NCBI GenBank assembly: GCA_946402065.1
Contig: CAMIVR010000014.1
Span: 443 to 64,442, forward strand
Reading direction: 5' to 3'
Length of the DNA: 64,000 nt
DNA from: an uncultured Brevibacillus sp.
GTDB taxonomy: Bacteria > Bacillota > Bacilli > Brevibacillales > Brevibacillaceae
The notes beneath the pieces were generated by a model, which did not search any database, had not been told where the DNA came from, and saw nothing but the letters and a program-made list of their open reading frames with translations. Shown here in pieces: positions 62,132 to 64,000 of the stretch. A program made the translations under genes and the position numbers. The stretch's first letter is position 1. The number at the start of each line of letters is the position of its first letter.

Positions 62132-62273
62132 TCATACACCCCATTTGCCCCAGCTAGTCACTGTTTCAGCGCAGCGCCGAAAACTGCTCATTTCTATCTA
62201 CTAACATATAGAAACACCCCTTGCGATGCAAGGGATGTTCCCTTATAAGATATGATCGTTTCGTGTCAATCGA

Positions 62274-63212
62274 CTAGCTTGGCAGCGTGATTGCGCTGAT
62301 GAACATGGCTGCGCACATCGCCGTCAGATAGATCAAGGAATAGCCAAACAGCTTTTTCGCCCAAGCAATATCGTCCTTGGTAGAAAAACCTTTGTACAGC
62401 AGTACGAGATAGATAATGCCGAGCACCAATGCCGCGGCCAGATAGACATAGCCGAGGTTGCCGTGCAGGAAGAGCAACAGAGATGCAGGCACCAGGGCTG
62501 CAGCCCATAAAAACATCTGGCGCTTCGTTTCAGCGAAGCCTTTGACGACCGGCAGCATGGGAATGCCTCCGGCGCGATACGCTTCTACTTTTAGCATAGC
62601 CAACGCGAGAAAATGCGGCGGCTGCCAGAGGAACAAAATCAGGAAGAGCAGCCACGCTCCGATATCCATTTGGTTCGTCACTGCGACCCAGCCGATCACA
62701 GGCGGAGCTGCACCGGCAATGCCGCCGATTACCGTGTTCAGCGACGTAACCCGTTTGAGTGGCGTGTAGATCAGGACGTAAACCACGTGTCCGATCAGTC
62801 CCCACACCGCCGCCAATGGATTGGCAAATACTGTAAGCACGAGCAATCCGGCAATCAACAGAGCGATCCCGATCGCCAGCGCATTGCGCGGATGGATTTT
62901 CCCGTTAGCGACAGCGCGATTGACCCGCTTCATTTTCAAATCCAGTTCGCGGTCCCAGTAGTTGTTTAGCGCTGCTCCGGAAGCGATGACAAATGCTGTA
63001 CCGAGCAATGTCCAAATTGTCAGCTTCAGTCCGGGTGCTGCCTCCGAGGCCAACCAGAGCCCGATAAACGTAGTCATTAAGTTCGAAATCGTAATGCCTG
63101 GCTTCGTCAGGTGCAGATAATCACTCCATGTCGCACGCTGAAGCTGTTGCTGCCCATCAGCCACAGGAGAATCGGTCTGAAGCGACTCCTGAATAGCAGC
63201 TGGTTGATCCAT
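62274..63212 (-). CDS. ctaB: Protoheme IX farnesyltransferase (heme O synthase)
   Basis: LTKPGI, NNYWDRELDLKMKR, YTPLKR, WQPPHF. Confidence 0.95.
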   Translation of the reverse strand: MDQPAAIQESLQTDSPVADGQQQLQRATWSDYLHLTKPGITISNLMTTFIGLWLASEAAPGLKLTIWTLLGTAFVIASGAALNNYWDRELDLKMKRVNRAVANGKIHPRNALAIGIALLIAGLLVLTVFANPLAAVWGLIGHVVYVLIYTPLKRVTSLNTVIGGIAGAAPPVIGWVAVTNQMDIGAWLLFLILFLWQPPHFLALAMLKVEAYRAGGIPMLPVVKGFAETKRQMFLWAAALVPASLLLFLHGNLGYVYLAAALVLGIIYLVLLYKGFSTKDDIAWAKKLFGYSLIYLTAMCAAMFISAITLPS

Positions 63213-63573
63213 GTGTAAACCTCCTTTTTACGTATCCGAAAAGATCAAGTAAGCTTGCCGTTCAGCTCTTTTCGAACTTTATTCAGAGAAACTGCTTGCG
63301 GATAATAAAAATTGGGCATCGCCAGACGATGGCGAAACCTTTCAAATAAGGGCCGACTTATCACAATGTGCGTACATGATTACTGTACCAGATCAAAATT
63401 TCCTTTTCCACTCTGAATCTTGACAAATTCTTTAAACTTTGGAACTGCCTAATTTTCTTTGCACGACGAACCACCCTAGATGAATATCCATAGTGTGTTA
63501 GTAGTCTATAGGTCAGCAGCCTGTTTTTGCTTATCCCTTCACATTTAACAGGTAAAGCCAAAGGGGGTTGGAC

Positions 63574-64000
63574 ATGGAGTTCCACTTAACGATTATCGGT
63601 CTTTTTGTCGGCTTTCTCGTCGGGCTAACGGGGGTGGGCGGAGCAGCTTTGCTTACGCCACTCTTGATCATGATTGGCATTCAGCCTACAATCGCCGTAG
63701 GTACCGACCTCGTTTACAACTCCATCACGAAAGTTTTCGGGGCATTTCAGCATTGGCGCCAGCGCACCGTTCACTTATCCATCGTCTTCTACTTTGCCCT
63801 GGGCAGCATACCGTGTGCCGTGATCGCCGTCAACCTTTTGCAATGGGTGGAACACGTCTACGGTGGCACGGATTTCATCATAAAAAAAGTTCTTGGCTTT
63901 GCCCTGGTGCTGATCCCGATTGCCATGATCCTCAAAACGATTCAATCCAAACGTGAACCTCATCCTAACCGATGGCAACTCATGGACGTCAAAGAAAAGC
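63574..64000 (+). CDS. TauE/SafE sulfite exporter family protein (partial)
   Basis: MEFHLTIIGLFVGFLVGLTGVGGAALLTPLL...AVGTDL; runs off the window end. Confidence 0.85.
   Translation, partial: MEFHLTIIGLFVGFLVGLTGVGGAALLTPLLIMIGIQPTIAVGTDLVYNSITKVFGAFQHWRQRTVHLSIVFYFALGSIPCAVIAVNLLQWVEHVYGGTDFIIKKVLGFALVLIPIAMILKTIQSKREPHPNRWQLMDVKEK

Overview
Chromosomal segment from a Bacillales genome; gene order and protein style suggest Brevibacillus/Paenibacillaceae (inference). Housekeeping genes include ispH, panE, pyrD, ald with adeR, yugI, scoAB, purU, addAB-sbcCD, ctaA and ctaB. Two accessory regions stand out. (1) A ~11.7 kb minus-strand bacterial microcompartment (BMC) locus at 31454-43112. It pairs the amino-alcohol dehydrogenase / kinase / class III PLP enzyme / APC permease set of actinobacterial aminoacetone (AAU/RMM) compartments with a Firmicute-type core: 4 BMC-H, 1 BMC-P, no BMC-T, acylating aldehyde dehydrogenase, PduL and a malate dehydrogenase. 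It also holds an unknown 107-aa protein with an encapsulation peptide plus two repeats, and a shell gene that appears to start at ACG. An ~85-bp direct repeat of the scoA promoter/RBS brackets scoAB plus the BMC locus. (2) An AT-rich islet between sbcD and ctaA with a type III (TenpIN-like) toxin-antitoxin locus: promoter, ~2.1 x 49-nt pseudoknot repeats, terminator, and a toxin gene broken by one TAA. Beside it are a decayed Doc-toxin fragment and a MITE-like inverted-repeat element. Other points: a PduL-acetate kinase fusion, an RND pump that appears to lack the proton-relay residues, a His-heptad protein, two small proteins below the ORF-track cut-off, and WYL and PucR operators. No rRNA, tRNA or CRISPR array was recognised. 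All alignments were done by eye.
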